The notes: a model not told the origin generated them from the letters alone. 64,000 bases of DNA from the human T2T-CHM13v2.0 reference genome, Homo sapiens (GCF_009914755.1 NC_060927.1); one strand, 5' to 3'. Counted from the stretch's first letter, positions 44,226 to 59,344 are shown. A program made the numbers and translations.

Positions 44226-45587
44226 AATCAATCAATTAATTAATCAATCAGGTTAGGATAGGATAGGAAAAATTCATTTAGAAATTATGGAAAATCCTTA
44301 CAATATAATATTAGTAAGATCAAATATATATAAAATATAATTCCAATTTTGTTTATTTATGTGTACAATCCTTAGGTGTCCAGGTTATTGGATACAACAA
44401 AAGTGTTATGATTTTATAAAAGGAGACACAAGAGTAGAAGGACAAAGCTGACTCTTTCATAGGAGAACTGGAAAATATGTAAAATGGAAGGAAGACTGAT
44501 ATAACCCTAGATTTAGTTATTATTTCATCTGTCTACATGGTAATGCAATAAAAAATTGTGTCAACCCCATCTATGGCTGAAGTAAGTATTGTCCACAAAT
44601 CTACCATAATCTTTTCAATGAGCTTGCTGACTCATAGATGAGGAAATTATATTCTTTTTCTCTGTTTCAGTTTTTCCATCTCGAATGGAAATCAAACACC
44701 TGAGCGACCTCCCTATGACTGAGAATTGTGTGGGGCCATCCTGCAAATTCTCACCAAGCAGTTTTGAGTGGAAAATGGTTGCATCTTTAAAGGGTTTTAA
44801 AGAGTAGAATGTGCTTTCCCCCACATGGCGTAATTTTTACCCCATTCGCACATTTTTATTTTAGAGCAATTGCCACATTTCAACAAGTAATTGGAAAGAA
44901 CTGGTCCACATTTCTCTACTCAGGGCTTAGCTACGTTACCGTTTTGCTTCCAGGTAGTGCTTGCGTTACTCATTCTCATTCTGATAATAAAAAGTGACTT
45001 CTCCAACCACTAAGTTGAACCTTGGGAGAGAGAAAGCTGCATATTTTTATAAAAGAAAAAGGCTCACTCCTTTTTATTTTACGTGAGTTCCACTTAACCC
45101 ACCTAAAATCCACCTTGAATCCCAAAGGTATTTTACCTCAGCTACCTTGTTGCTACTTATTTGCTGTCATGTTCTATTTTCAGTTGACTATATTCTGAAT
45201 ACTTTTCAAATTTATATAATTAAAATTTTTTTCAATAAAATTCTTAAGATAAACGAAAAATTAAATTAACATTTGACATGTACATAGGAAAAAGATATTT
45301 TAGTTTTGGGGGACACCAATAGCAATAATTGTCATAAAGATATGTTTTGATGAACTTAATATCAACAGAGAAATAAATATCGATAAAAGCTAGTGCCTTA
45401 TTTAGAGCTCACACACTTTTACAAACTCTTTGAGGTGACACAATAAAAGACAAAAGTGTACTACAACTTTCTTTTTTAATTACCAATGACAGAAAGATGA
45501 AAAGGGAAAAGTTACATAGGACGAGGGAAGTGGAAAACACTTGTCAAAAAAGTAAAGTCCACATAATACTTTAGTCCACAAATCATG

Positions 45588-46637
<1,050 letters not shown>

Positions 46638-46947
46638 GTGACAATGGTATCAATATCCAATATTAAGATTGTCAATCCTCACCAGCACTTGACAGAGACT
46701 TCCCCACTTTAGTCTGCCACTCAATTCTGAGGAAACTAGGAAAAGCTCCATTTTTGAGCCCGGAGCTCAGGAAAAGAAAAACCTGTGACTTCCACTTTAA
46801 CCTGGGCAGTCAAAACCCATTTCTGTTATATGAAGTGGGCCATCAGCAGCACAAGTGACATTTATAAACCAGATATATTTTTGTGACATAGTTGTCCAAT
46901 CATGAGCTAAACCGGGAGTTTCTGCAAGTAAGAAGTGAAAAAGACAT

Positions 46948-47785
46948 TGTTATGAGCTGAGCTGTGTTCCCCTAAAATTCCTGTGTTGAAGCTCTAACCC
47001 CTAGAATCTTTGAAGAGGAATATATTTGGAGATAGGGCCTTTAAAGAGTAATTAAGGTAAAACGAAGTCATAGGAGACAGCCAAATGCCTAGGCAGATAA
47101 AAAGGGGTCCCTGGAGAATCACAGATCCACCCCACAAGTGTTTACATCAGATGTTTTTGTGCAGATGAGGAAACCTGCCAGGGCCTTGTCTGAGCATGCC
47201 GATATGTGAACTGGGGAACAGGGTGGAGCCACGGTTGGGGGTGGAGCCACAGTCGGGGGTGGAGCCACAGTCAGGGGGTGGAGCTAAGTCAGGGGGAGGA
47301 GCTTGGCTTCCTCAGTCCCTGTGTGGTGGCCTGAGAGTCAGTCACTCTGTGAGTTGGGAGAGCTGTTAGCAGGATTCCATCTTGCTTTGCTGTTTTTTTT
47401 CCCCCCTTTATGCCCAGTAAAATCCTGCTCTACTTACTCTTCAATGTTTTCCACGTGCCTAAATTTTTCTGGTTGTGTGACGAGAACCCGGTTGTAGCTA
47501 AATTAAGGAGCAAAATTCTGCACCAATAAGGGTGGGCCCTAATGTAATACGACAGGTGTCCGTATAAGAAGAGAAGGTCAGAGACACACAGAAAGGGAAG
47601 ACTACATGAAGACACAATAAGGTGGACCTCTGCAAGCCAAAGAGAGAAGTCTTAGAAGAAAGCAATCCTCTTGGCACCTTGATTTTGGATTCTAGCCTTC
47701 AGAATGATTAAGAAAATAACGTACAGCTGTTTAAGCCCCCTAGTCTATGGTTCTTTGTTATGACAGCCCTGGCAAACTAATTACA
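46948..47785 (+). mobile_element. MLT1B-like LTR split by a younger LTR
   Basis: 'tatttggagatagggcctttaaagagtaattaagg' resumes as 'ataagggtgggccctaat'; TSD gaca(t/c). Confidence 0.88.
47073..47525 (+). mobile_element. ERV1 solo LTR (MER61-like) nested in MLT1B
   Basis: 'gagacagccaa...aaaggggtccctggagaa', end 'tagctaaattaaggagcaaaattctgcacca'. Confidence 0.78.
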
Positions 47786-48749
47786 GACACCTTTCCAAAG
47801 TTTCTAAATCCAGTTGTTTCTTAGATTAAATGGCACATGGAAGAGTGGTTAAAATGTGCCCTCATCACTAGGAAAAGAGTATCACCAACCCTGGTCTGAC
47901 TTCTACAGGTCTATCATGCTGATGGCAAGACTTCCTCACTCCGCTTTTTAACACAAGATTTTCCCCAAGCCAGATAGGATGCTGCCTGTTCACTTTTCTA
48001 TTTTAAAAATGCTTTACAAATGGAGCTGCTAAGTAATTGATAACATATGGTTAACAGGAGAAATAGAATAAAAGAAAAAGACTATCTCTCCGTGGCATTG
48101 TTCTCCAGACCTTTTTTCCAGCTGGGCTTGTACCAAAGGAACCACTCTGAAAAGAAGCAACTGAGGAGCACTTTAAAATGTGAGTCCTAGGAAACAATCG
48201 ACCTCACTTCCCGGCACTTGTGTCTTTGTCAAGCAACAGGAACACCAGAATTGCCCTAATGGAATGGAACAATGACCTATTTATTCTGATATCCTGTCTC
48301 CTACTGAGACTTATGCCAGGTTCTTTTGAGGAAGGGCTAAACACCACATAAGCACCCTATTGTGTACCACTTGATTGCATATGGAGTTGGAAGACTTTGG
48401 AGAGTGTGGGAAGGGTGTTTTTCTTCCTGAAACACGTGGGATGTATAAACATTATCCAGTCATTTGTCCCCATAACTTGAATTTCTAGAGACTTCGGTTA
48501 GCAGGATTTCTGAGCTGCAAAGAGTATAGAATATAGTAGTCACACACACCACTATGTATTTTATTATTTTCAACTACCATTTGGTTTCTGTACCTTGTCT
48601 TCTTTGCTCTCTAAGGTGATCATACTACCACCTTTTAAAAACTTTTTATTTCGACCTTCAGTAAATTTCATGTATTCAATTTCCCATGCCTGCATACAGA
48701 ATACTAATAGTTTCCAGTTATCCATACTGATCAAATTTTAATCTAGATC

Positions 48750-49319
48750 TGAGACAAAGTAGGAACAGGGCTTTTTTTCAGTTCATCCCCACTAGAGCAT
48801 TCTTCCATGCATTCCCACTGATTGCAAAACCCGTGCCACTACCTGACACTGTACCATTAACTTAAGCCTTTAGTCATAGAAAGAAAATAGCCATTCTATA
48901 TTGTCTTTCTGTGCTTTCACAATGTTTAACCATGCCCTTTATTTCAAGAATTCCAGGAAATGGCCTTAGGAAATCCAAAATATCAAACCTAGGTTGCAGT
49001 GTCTCACCTCAGGAAGAAGTGCTGAACAATTGATTTGCAGCCTTGTTGCCACAGGCCAGACCACCAGGTGAACCATTACTCAAGATAGCCATCACAACCA
49101 GATAATGCTGACCTGCATACCCTACCCCTAATATAAATTCCTGTGCTTTGCCTCATATCCCAACTGGCTTTTTCCAGAAAGCGAGTCGGGGAATTCTCTC
49201 TCATGCTGTCTCCCTTATGCCCGGGCATAAGCTCCAATGAAGCCTTGTCTGGGAGAACTCTTTTGGCCTCATGTCAATTTCTATTGCACTGAAAGCGCAA
49301 GAACCCATGGTTGGTAACA
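48750..49319 (+). mobile_element. ERV1 solo LTR (LTR19-like)
   Basis: TG...CA termini with perfect 4-bp TSD gatc (48746-48749, 49320-49323); 'ccccactagagcattcttccatgcattcccactgat'. Confidence 0.85.
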
Positions 49320-49400
49320 GATCCATGAAAAATTTAAGATCCTTAACTTTAGCTGGGCATCAGAACAATATTTTATTTATCTCTATTTGATATCTCTTTT

Positions 49401-50092
49401 TGTTAGCGGTGGAAGAGATCTGAGTTACCCTGAGTTACAAGCGGCAAATCTGTATGGGTTCACAGCAACTTCAGTCCTTGCCTCCTCAGAAGAAAGAATT
49501 TGACTGAGGGGCATAAAGCAGAAAAAGACCAAGGAAAGTTTCAGAGCAGAAGTGGAAGTTTATTTAAAAAGGCTTTAGAATAGGAAAGATAGGAAAATTC
49601 ACTTGAAAGAGGTCCAATCAGGCACTTGAAGGTCCAGGAGAGAAAAGAGAGCAAAAGAAGACAGCAAAAATGACCTTTAACCTTGATCCTAGGACTTTAT
49701 AGGCTCAACTCTTTCCCATGTTTCTTCCCTTAGGGTGGGTTTTCCTCATGCTCGGTGCTCTCCTTACCTTTGGGAATTGAACATGCTCAGTATGTTTAGG
49801 TAGTTATACACATGCCCATCTGACGCTTTCTTCCCTTTTCCAGTGGAGTGTGACCCAGAAGATTTTATCTTAACACGCATGCCCAGGAAGTTGCTTCCCC
49901 CTGGGGTCTGCATTCAATTAACATTTTTATGTTAACAGGTGTGGACCATCAGGAAATGGCCTCTCCCTGACACTGCCTAACTATCATTTTTAGAGAAGCA
50001 ATGTGATAATTGCTGAACCATCATCACCTGACATTTCTAGTGGGTGGGGGAGAGCCCTTTCCTGCCCTACTCATGCTTAACTACCTGTAACA
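49401..50092 (-). mobile_element. ERV1 solo LTR (LTR9/MER50-like)
   Basis: tgtta...taaca termini, TSD tttt; 'cttgcctcctcagaagaaagaatttgactgaggggcataa'. Confidence 0.85.
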
Positions 50093-50311
50093 TTTTCACA
50101 CAGCTGTAAATAAACAACAAGAAAAAAACCTACTTTTTCTTTGGAATGCTTTAGAAACCTCAAATGCATCCTTGTATTTCCTACTATTTGCATTATTTTG
50201 TTAGTTATCTAATGTTTACCCAATCAATTATTAGCTTTTGTATTACATAATGTTTATATCCTTGAAGTTTCAAAATACACCAACAATTTTAATATACTAA
50301 TGAGTAGCTAC

Positions 50312-50878
50312 TGATGGGGCTCAGAACTCAACACCACCCCAAAATATGACTGTAGATCTGAATAGGGCACTCCAAATATGCCTTTTTCACATAAGGATTA
50401 TTTTGAGCTGGTTACATTCAGAAAGTAGGCAGACACAGGCATAGCTCTTAAAAGTTACCTTTTTGTAAATGAAATTGATATCTGTAAATTAAGTGTCCAT
50501 TTGTTAAGGGTATCTTCCTCTCTACACCAAGAAGAGAAGGAAGACTAAATCACTAGAGATTCCAGCATCAATGGAGAAGGCATCTGCATAACAAACCTTA
50601 CCTTTCACTTCTCTTGCTCATCTCACCTTAGCTGGGCCTTTCCCCACACCCTTCGTTGTTTCAGAATATGGTGATATTTAAGTCTGAAGTTTAAATGCCT
50701 TCTTTGAGATACATTCTGGAGACTTCTCATTTCACTGGTTTTTCTCAAATGTATGCATGAGGAATACATGTTAACTAACTTCTATTTTTTTTTCCTCTTT
50801 TTAATCTGTCTTTTGTTAGAAGGAGTCCCAGTTAAGAACTATGAAGGAAAGAGAGAAAATGATTTTTCTTCCCCTACA
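50312..50878 (+). mobile_element. ERV1 solo LTR (MER34-like)
   Basis: 'ggggctcagaa...ccccaaaatatg...cataaggattattttgagctg', end 'tttttcttcccctaca'. Confidence 0.8.
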
Positions 50879-51713
50879 CTGTATCTTCTCTTAAAAAGAA
50901 ATTTACAAATCTCTTGGCATATTCACATTATATCTGCATCCCTGGTTCTGTCTATTGTTTGTCACATTGGTGATGTGATGCCCTCAAACTGTACAATATG
51001 AAACTTTATGGTGACAGCTATAAAAGATAGATAAAAATTTACATAAAACATTGTCCAAAGCAATCTTCTCTGAACAGAACACCCTGACTAAAGTGACAAT
51101 GGAACTCATATGGAAGAATACTTCATTAGAAACATGACAAGCTCAGGGCGTATCTAGAGCACTCTTTAGAGTAACCTGAGGGAGTGGATGAAAACACAGG
51201 AGAAGATGAAGGGGCTAGAGGCATTGACATTCCATTTGAGTTTTCCTTTATTCTGGCTAATCTTTTGTTGTCTAGTTATTTATGTTGTATGAAAGTAATT
51301 TTATTGAACTCAATGCATGCACTGATTCAAAAAGCATAAAATACAAAGCAATCTGCCCATATAACCCGAAGTTTATAATAATGCAACCTAATGGGAGAAA
51401 TATCTGGAAAGGAAAAGATAAGTGTATTACATGGGATAAATAAGAAAAGGGAAAGACCAACAAATGAATCCTATTTGATTCATCCATACTGCAATCAGTG
51501 AAAAGCCCTGGTCCACGTCACTTTTCAGGATGCTTTGCAGAAAAGGCAGACTACATTTTCCACTTGGTAATATATTACTGTATACTAATGAATGTGCACA
51601 ACCCACCACTTCCTAGTCTTCTGGTTCCTTAGAGAATGAACAGACGTCATTTTATCTCAGGGAAAATGCTAAATTTAAGAGTATTATCTGCTACAAAGCC
51701 TTTTATTGTATAA

Positions 51714-52012
51714 CAGGGCTTGGAAAAAGTTAAGAGCCAGATAGTAAACACAAGATCAGGACTAAAGTGAGGCAAGTGAGGTGTCTCAGTCACAAAATTT
51801 AAGGAAGCTCTCACTAATCCTGACCCTAAGTAAATACTTTAGGCTTTGCAATATAGTTGATCTCTTACAACTACTCACCTCTGCCATTGTAGCACTAAAG
51901 TAGCTAGAGATTATACTAACTGAATGGGTGTGGCTATGTTCTAACAAAACTTTATTTACAACAATAGGCAAAGGGCCAGATTTGGCCTGAGGGTCATAGT
52001 TTGCTGACCCTC
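51714..52012. mobile_element. MER58A-like element interrupted by a mini hAT element
   Basis: 'gccagatagtaaa' ... 'agtaaatactttaggctttgc' ... 'catagtttgctgaccc'. Confidence 0.85.
51751..51828. mobile_element. 78-bp hAT MITE (MER96-like, internally deleted)
   Basis: Imperfect TIRs caagatcagga / tcctgacccta; 8-bp TSD agtaaa(c/t)a. Confidence 0.7.
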
Positions 52013-52311
52013 GTTTTATGGCAATATGTAAAATAAATACAAATGTTTTATTATTTAATTTGTACATAAAATTTCATCAGTATGTAGAAAGTGTTCAGTG
52101 ATGCCACCAAGAGATGTCGTTATTTTTTAAAAAAAGTTTCTAGAACACTACTTAAATTTATATAACACTAGAAAGAAGGTTCCAGATTTGGGATACAAAA
52201 CATCACTGATTCCTTTGATATTCTATGCATATATATGTTCACACCTTTTAAAAAATGTTTTCTTTTCTTACCCACTTACTTTCTAGTTCACCAGTCAAAA
52301 ATGCTACTCAT

Positions 52312-52598
52312 TCTCGCAGTGGCTCATGCCGGTAATCCCAGCACTTTCAGAGGCTAAGGCAGATGAATCACCTGAGGTCAGGAGTTTGAGACCAGCCTGG
52401 CCAACATTTTGAAACCCCCTCTCTACTAAAAATACAAAAATTACCCAGGCATGGTGGTGCGCTGCAGTAGTCTCAGCTGCTCAGGAGGCTGAGGCAGGAG
52501 GATTGCTTGAACCTGAGGTTGCAGTGAGCCAAGATGGCACCACTGTACTCCAGCCTGGGTGACAGAGAAAGACTCTGCCTCAAAAAAAAAAAAAAAAA
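52312..52598 (+). mobile_element. AluS with a short right-arm deletion
   Basis: Dimeric Alu; 'ttgaacctgaggttgcag' lacks about 7-8 nt; poly(A) tail. Confidence 0.93.
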
Positions 52599-53229
52599 AT
52601 TGCTCTCTCTAGAAAACTGTCTCTCTTCGCCTCATCTCCCCAAACACAAAATGACTCACACTCCCTCTGTGATGATACAGCCTTTGGTTTGGAATTCTCT
52701 ACTAAAAGTCTTCAAATTGTCTTGGGTTATAATTAACTATACATGTGTCTCTCTCCTTATGGGACTATAAGGGCAGGGCTATCTTGCAATCACCTATTTT
52801 TTCGCAAATAATAAAGTATATTGGATTATTGATGGTCTTTAAATATGTGTTGAAATAAAATGAATTGACTTTTTTTGGCAATGATTTGTTCTTTAGGCTT
52901 TATAAGGTGCCACTCTTAAATATCTTGCTCACATCACTGCACTTGAAGAAGAAGTGCCCTGAAGCCATGTGGGAAGCATGTGTGGCAGACTCTTGGCTCT
53001 AGACCATGATCACAGCTCATACTTTGTGTTTTAACAAGCTGATATACCACCCACCAGTTAATAATTACACTCTAATTTTCTGATGCTATGTAATTGATAA
53101 TAAGAAACTCTAAGAGTCCAAACATGCTATCCTTTATTAGAAAAAGATTCATTGCAAACTGTTTTTCAAAGTTATTAAACCAAATGCTATGATGTCTGGA
53201 ATTTTCTTAATAATAAGCTAGTGGGGCAG

Positions 53230-53375
53230 GGGAAGAAGGAGCTTAAATGAAATGAGAATAGTCATGAGCCGATTATTGCTATACTTAGGTGCTGAATACA
53301 CTGGGGCTCATTTTACAATTCCCACCAGTTTGTGTATGTTCAAAAGTTTCCAATAAAAATTAATAATAGCAATTA
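53230..53375 (+). mobile_element. Old L1M 3' fragment
   Basis: 'ggggctcattttacaattc...tttgtgtatgttcaaaagtttccaataaaa'. Confidence 0.6.
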
Positions 53376-53396
53376 AACTAAAAAGTAGAATATTTT

Positions 53397-53561
53397 GAAT
53401 TCTTCCTTTGCCTTTAGCGTGTATATACACATACACACACACACTGAAGGCCTTTGCCTTTGTCTTTAGTATGTGTGTATATAGGTTTATATAGACACAC
53501 ACTATATATAAACACCCACACATACATATACACACACACACTAAAGGCAAAGGAAGAATTC
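53397..53561. repeat. Inverted repeat with perfect 21-bp outer arms
   Basis: gaattcttcctttgcctttag (53397-53417) is the reverse complement of ctaaaggcaaaggaagaattc (53541-53561). Confidence 0.95.
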
Positions 53562-53683
53562 TATATATAATTATATTTATATGTAATATAATTATATATC
53601 ATATTTATTAAAATTATATATAATTATTTTATATGTACAAATATTAAACAGGCCTATCCACAGGAAAATAGAAGGTTGGATAG

Positions 53684-54009
<326 letters not shown>

Positions 54010-54189
54010 AAAACATTTTTCATTTTTACTCGTTTTATAACTTTTAGTTGTCTTGCCTCAATTTTTTCTAGACCTTCATTCATTGGTCAGGATTTACGTT
54101 TACAGCTCTGGTAATTTTCTCATTGTCTAGGGAAAGCCCAAAGCATAGTATTTTGGGATAACGGGGGTGAAAAAAAGAATTCTCACATT

Positions 54190-54425
54190 AATACTAACTA
54201 GCATTTATTCAGTGCGTGATATAGACCAAGCACCGAAGTGCTAGGTGTTGATACATTTTATCCTCCTTGTACACCAGCTAATGAATACACAATCCTATTT
54301 ATTACCCGGTTTTAGAGAAGAATTTATATAACTTGACCAAGGACAAACAATTTGCCAATGGAGCATTGAGAATTAGAACCTATGTGTCTGGTCTCGGAAC
54401 CCCTACTTATAACCACTTTGCTGTA
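54190..54425 (-). mobile_element. MIR SINE
   Basis: 'ctagcatttattcagtgc...ccaagcac...taacttgaccaaggaca...ctacttataaccact'. Confidence 0.7.
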
Positions 54426-54604
54426 TAATGTAAAAGATGACATTTGGCAAAATTTAAAGAATTTACCCAACCAAATTCACGTTCCCATTCTTTAGTGCCT
54501 GACCCACTTCCCAGCTTCTAGTCACAATTCCTTCCTTAGATTATCATTTTTGCACTTCTGCAACTTTCTTCTTGGACTGCTTCTTGTCAATGAGTTGTTG
54601 GATC

Positions 54605-55015
54605 CTCTTTGTATGAGTTTGCTGCAGTAACAAAAACTCTAAATTCTTACTGGCTTACAACAAAGGCTTATTCCTTGTTCATGTCATATTTCAGCTGTGG
54701 ATTGACTGCAGCCAAGCTATAGGTCTGTTTCACATGTCTTCTCATTCAGTGAAATAGATGAGAGAGGAAGCTTGATGGCACGGGAGAAAAGCAAGGGCTC
54801 TGTTGAAAATTTATGATGCTTCATAAGGTTTCTATGTGAAATTCACATTCCATTGGCCAAAGTATGTCACACAGTCAAGCTCAAAGTTGATGAGATAGAA
54901 TGTTTACTCTTCTCCGAGGAAGCAAAGCAAGACATATGGGAATAGGAAGGAGCAATTGTTCTCTGATAAGAAAAAGATAATAAAAATTGTGAAAAATGAT
55001 TTAGTCTATCACCCT
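54605..55015 (-). mobile_element. Old MaLR LTR (MLT1J/K-like)
   Basis: 'tgctgcagtaacaaa...tggcttacaacaaaggcttatt', 'tcacattccattggccaaag'. Confidence 0.65.
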
Positions 55016-55344
55016 CTCTTTAATATCCATCTATTTCTCACATTATTTACTCCACCAATACTCTTTGATCATTAGGTATGATTTAACATGCCTCTACATT
55101 CTATCATTCTTCATTCCCTAGTTTACGGTTTTCCTTGAATCATACAAATACATGCCTTCAGTGTTCTCAAGTTCAACCCTCTCATCTTAGAGAAAATGGA
55201 ACTTCTTGTCCATTCTTATTATAAGAACACAGGTCTCCCAAAGTGTTATCTAGTGTACTGTCCGTGGTTTTCCTCAGAATGGAGAAATAAAAGTCTACCA
55301 TCTCCCAGACCTTTGGTGACCAAGGTTACATTTCGAACTAAAAA

Positions 55345-56195
55345 AAGTATTGTTTAGGGTTTCATGCAAAACAAAGAGCATAAACCCTATCTTATGGCCT
55401 TAAACATCTAAGGGGTCCATTTTCCTCACATGATTAAAAACCCCAGTGTAGACTGTCCTGGACTAGTACAGTCAAGAACCCAAGTTCCTTCTAATTTTCT
55501 ACATCACCACATCACCTACTTAGGCAATATTCTGCTTCATACTTGTATGAAATAAACTGCATCTCTGGCCCCATGTCTATGTTGTACACAGGAAGAAAGG
55601 TAAAAGAATGGAGGGTAATGCAATAGTCTGCCCTTTTTAAGTAAGATAAAGTGGCTCACCCAGGATCACCACATGCTTATATCTCATTGGTCAAAATTAG
55701 TTCGCTAGGGAATCCTTATTTCCAAGGAATTCTGAGGTCAATATCTTTATTTTGTTTAAGTTTCTATGTTGAAATAATTACAGACTCACAAGAAGTTGCA
55801 AAAATTGAACCAAAGATCCTATGTAGCCATGATGTTGCATGCCTCAAAGGTAACATCTTACATAACTAGAGTACATTATCAAAATTAAATTTCCATCAAC
55901 AGATCACAATTAGTCTGGATGACAGACCCTCCTAAGATATCACTAGTTCTTATGTACATTCAGTTTTCAGGTTCTTATATGTTCGTGTATATAATTCTGT
56001 GACGTTTTATCACCCTTATAGATTTCTATAACTGTGGTCACAGTAAAGATAAAAAGCAGTTATATTATCACAAAGGAACTCCGGGAGATGGGTCTTTTTA
56101 ACTACGTACATTGCAGTCCTGAACATAATCAGAGATCCTGCTAGGAAGGAAGAAGGAGAAATGGATTTGAGATAGGCAACAAGCAGTACCTGCCA
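55345..56195 (-). mobile_element. Old MLT1-like LTR interrupted by an L1MC-like 3' fragment (about 55745-56080)
   Basis: LTR-like 'gcttatatctcattggtcaaaa'; L1-like 'gaaataattacagactcacaagaagttgcaaaaat'. Confidence 0.55.
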
Positions 56196-56675
56196 CAAAG
56201 GACAGCTATTTTTAAGAGAAGGAGTTTTCCATGATCTTGGATGTATAAATAGAGTCCATCCACCCCCATCCTTCCTCCTGAAACATACACTCCTTTTGTT
56301 CTTTAGAAACCTCTCAAACAAATGCCATACAATTTAACTTATCTCATGCTGTAAGGCTGTAATGACTCCAATGAGATGTGGAATTCAAGATTTCAAGAAA
56401 CTGCAAATATATGTCTGAGTTCAATACCACTAAAAACACCCAAGAGACCAATGAAAGAACAAAGGGTTTTTGTTGTTATTGTTCTAATAAGAATAATTCC
56501 TTGACACAGGACCAGAAATCAACAAGTGGGGGGGAAATGGAAAACCCAGAGTGTCTCAAATTACATCATGTTTGGGCAGGGGGTTGGGGGTAAGAATGAC
56601 CTCTTAAACAGAGGTCCAACCATTATTTGCAGTCCAATTCCAGAATTGCCTGAATAAGATCCAGCAGTTTGCTTG

Positions 56676-56775
56676 CAATGGGACCTGAGGAACATTCCAT
56701 GTTGTTCTTGAACAAGAAAGTTCTTAAAGTGACAATAATGAGGAGAAATGAATTTGAAGGTACTTATAGAGAATG
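56676..56775 (+). repeat. 100-bp dispersed duplication, copy 1
   Basis: 96/100 identical to 57849-57948. Confidence 0.95.
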
Positions 56776-57136
56776 TCCGTATTTGTAGTGGGACAAATAT
56801 ACTTTCTAAAAAGTACAAACATACGTAAGAAAATAGGGTCATTTACTAAGTGGTCTTTGCTTAAATGTTGGACAGAACAAATGTTCTATCAAAACAAGGG
56901 CAAGCTTGATTTGATTTGATTGATTTGACTGTTGACTAATAAAGGCAATCTCATTATATTCTAATACTTTATATGAGACTTTTTTTTCCCTGCAATTGTT
57001 AGCTACTAGTGAGTCTACTGCAAGCCTTGCTAATATAATCAGCAATAGGCTGATCTGACTCTGGGAAAAATGGCCCCAGCTCAAGTAATTAAATAGCTAC
57101 AGGGAAAGCAGTTTGCCTTTTTGAGCACATCTTTTA

Positions 57137-57593
<457 letters not shown>

Positions 57594-57848
57594 TCAGACA
57601 TCAAGACAGCCAGCAAAAGTAACCAGATGGTGACACCCATTGTTACATTCCAGCTCTCCCACCATTGAGTGATGCATACATAACTTCTCTCTTCCTTCAA
57701 TTCACCGTGGCCCTAGTTCTAGGACCTACCCTTGATAGCTAACAGTGATACATTTTTTTAATGCACTCATTTCCTTTTATGTTGGAGGTTAGCTTCTGAG
57801 CTCAAAGATGCTAAAGATCAGAGAAGGTCATAGAGCTAATGAGGCCTT

Positions 57849-57948
57849 CAATGGGACCTGAGGAACATTCCATGTTGTTCTTGAACAAGAAAGTTCTTAA
57901 AGTGATAATAATGAGGAGAAAGGAATATGAAGGTACTTATAGAGAGTG
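57849..57948 (+). repeat. 100-bp dispersed duplication, copy 2
   Basis: 96/100 identical to 56676-56775. Confidence 0.95.
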
Positions 57949-58801
57949 GCTAAGGTGGCTAAGCAAGCAACATACAAAAGCAAAGCAGATCAGTGTATCA
58001 CAGTAAGGGGTGATAAAGACTGTGCCTGAGTATCAGGAATGCTGTACACAAAGACTTAAAACTCTCAATAAAAACATAGTACAGAAAACATCAACAAACC
58101 ACAACAATGTGTTTGCTGGATATTCTGAGGGACAAATTCAATCTGGGATCCTCCACTATGAGACTTCTACCAAGTATAAGGCAAATAGGAGACCTATTGC
58201 TTTCTCCCAAAATGTCTCGCTTTTTCTTTATTGAATCGCTTAAATCCAATATTCTGCCTTTCTCATAGTTCCTTCCAGTCATAAGCATTTTTGCAGTAGG
58301 TTTCAACGTTAATATTTTATTATCAGTCTCTAATACAGGTTATTCACATTTCAGTTGATTTACAAAGCCTGAAAGTCAACATGCTAATTAATCTTACAGT
58401 TTGGATACTGAACTGTGATGACTGGAATAATCAAACAGCTTCTGATAAGTAAGTAATTCTGCCTAAGCACAGAATTGTCAAGTTTGGAGGGCTTGAATTT
58501 TCTCGTGGCCCAATTCTCAGAAGAGAATATAGAGATCGCTGATCTTAAAAATAAATCCTGTGTTTCATGGTACAAAATAGGTTTTATTGATACTAAGAAA
58601 ATATTAAATGATTAGTAGTACACTGTTTTTTGTGATCAAAAGTCTTCAAATACAATTTTCTTCTAAAAGAATTTAAATTGTGTGCATTCTTATATTGAAG
58701 AGCTTCATCTAGCAGCACTATGTCACTGAAGAAGGAATATGGTCGCATACAATGATGTAGTGACCTGTGTCTCAGATTGGACCAGGAAGGTATATTCTTT
58801 A

Positions 58802-59295
58802 CATGGTAGATTAAAGATGGTTGCAAGTTCTTTATTCTTTTTCCATTGGGATGTGGAGTTTAATTCTTTCCCCTTTGAATCTGCATTGACCTTTATGTCT
58901 TGCTTGAACAATAGAATGCAGTAGAAGCTACATTCTGGAACTTCTAAGACCAGGTCTGAAAACACTTTGCTACTTCCACCTGGGTCTCTTGGAATATCAA
59001 CTCTAAGAAACTTGAGCCACTATATGAGAAATCTAATTGCACTGAGGCTGCCAGGCTGGATAGGTCATGTGTAGGCACTTTCTTTTATAATGTTAGCTGA
59101 GTCCAGACTTCAGACCAGACCAGCCACCAGATAAGTACCACTGAGTGACCCTAGTCAGTGCTTCGAGCAGCAGAAAAATTGTCCATAGGAGGCCTGCCAA
59201 ATTTTTCACCTACACAATCATGAGATAAAATGCTTGCTTTTCAAAGCCACTAAATATTAGACTAACTTTTATGGGGAACTTATGACTAGAACCCA
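58802..59295 (+). mobile_element. MaLR LTR (MLT1G/H-like)
   Basis: 'ggtagattaaagatgg', 'cccctttgaatctg', 'caatagaatgcagtagaag', end 'aagccactaaat'. Confidence 0.75.
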
Positions 59296-59344
59296 GAATG
59301 ATTTATAACATGGTTTAGCTCATGGTAGAGCTACCTCTAAATAG

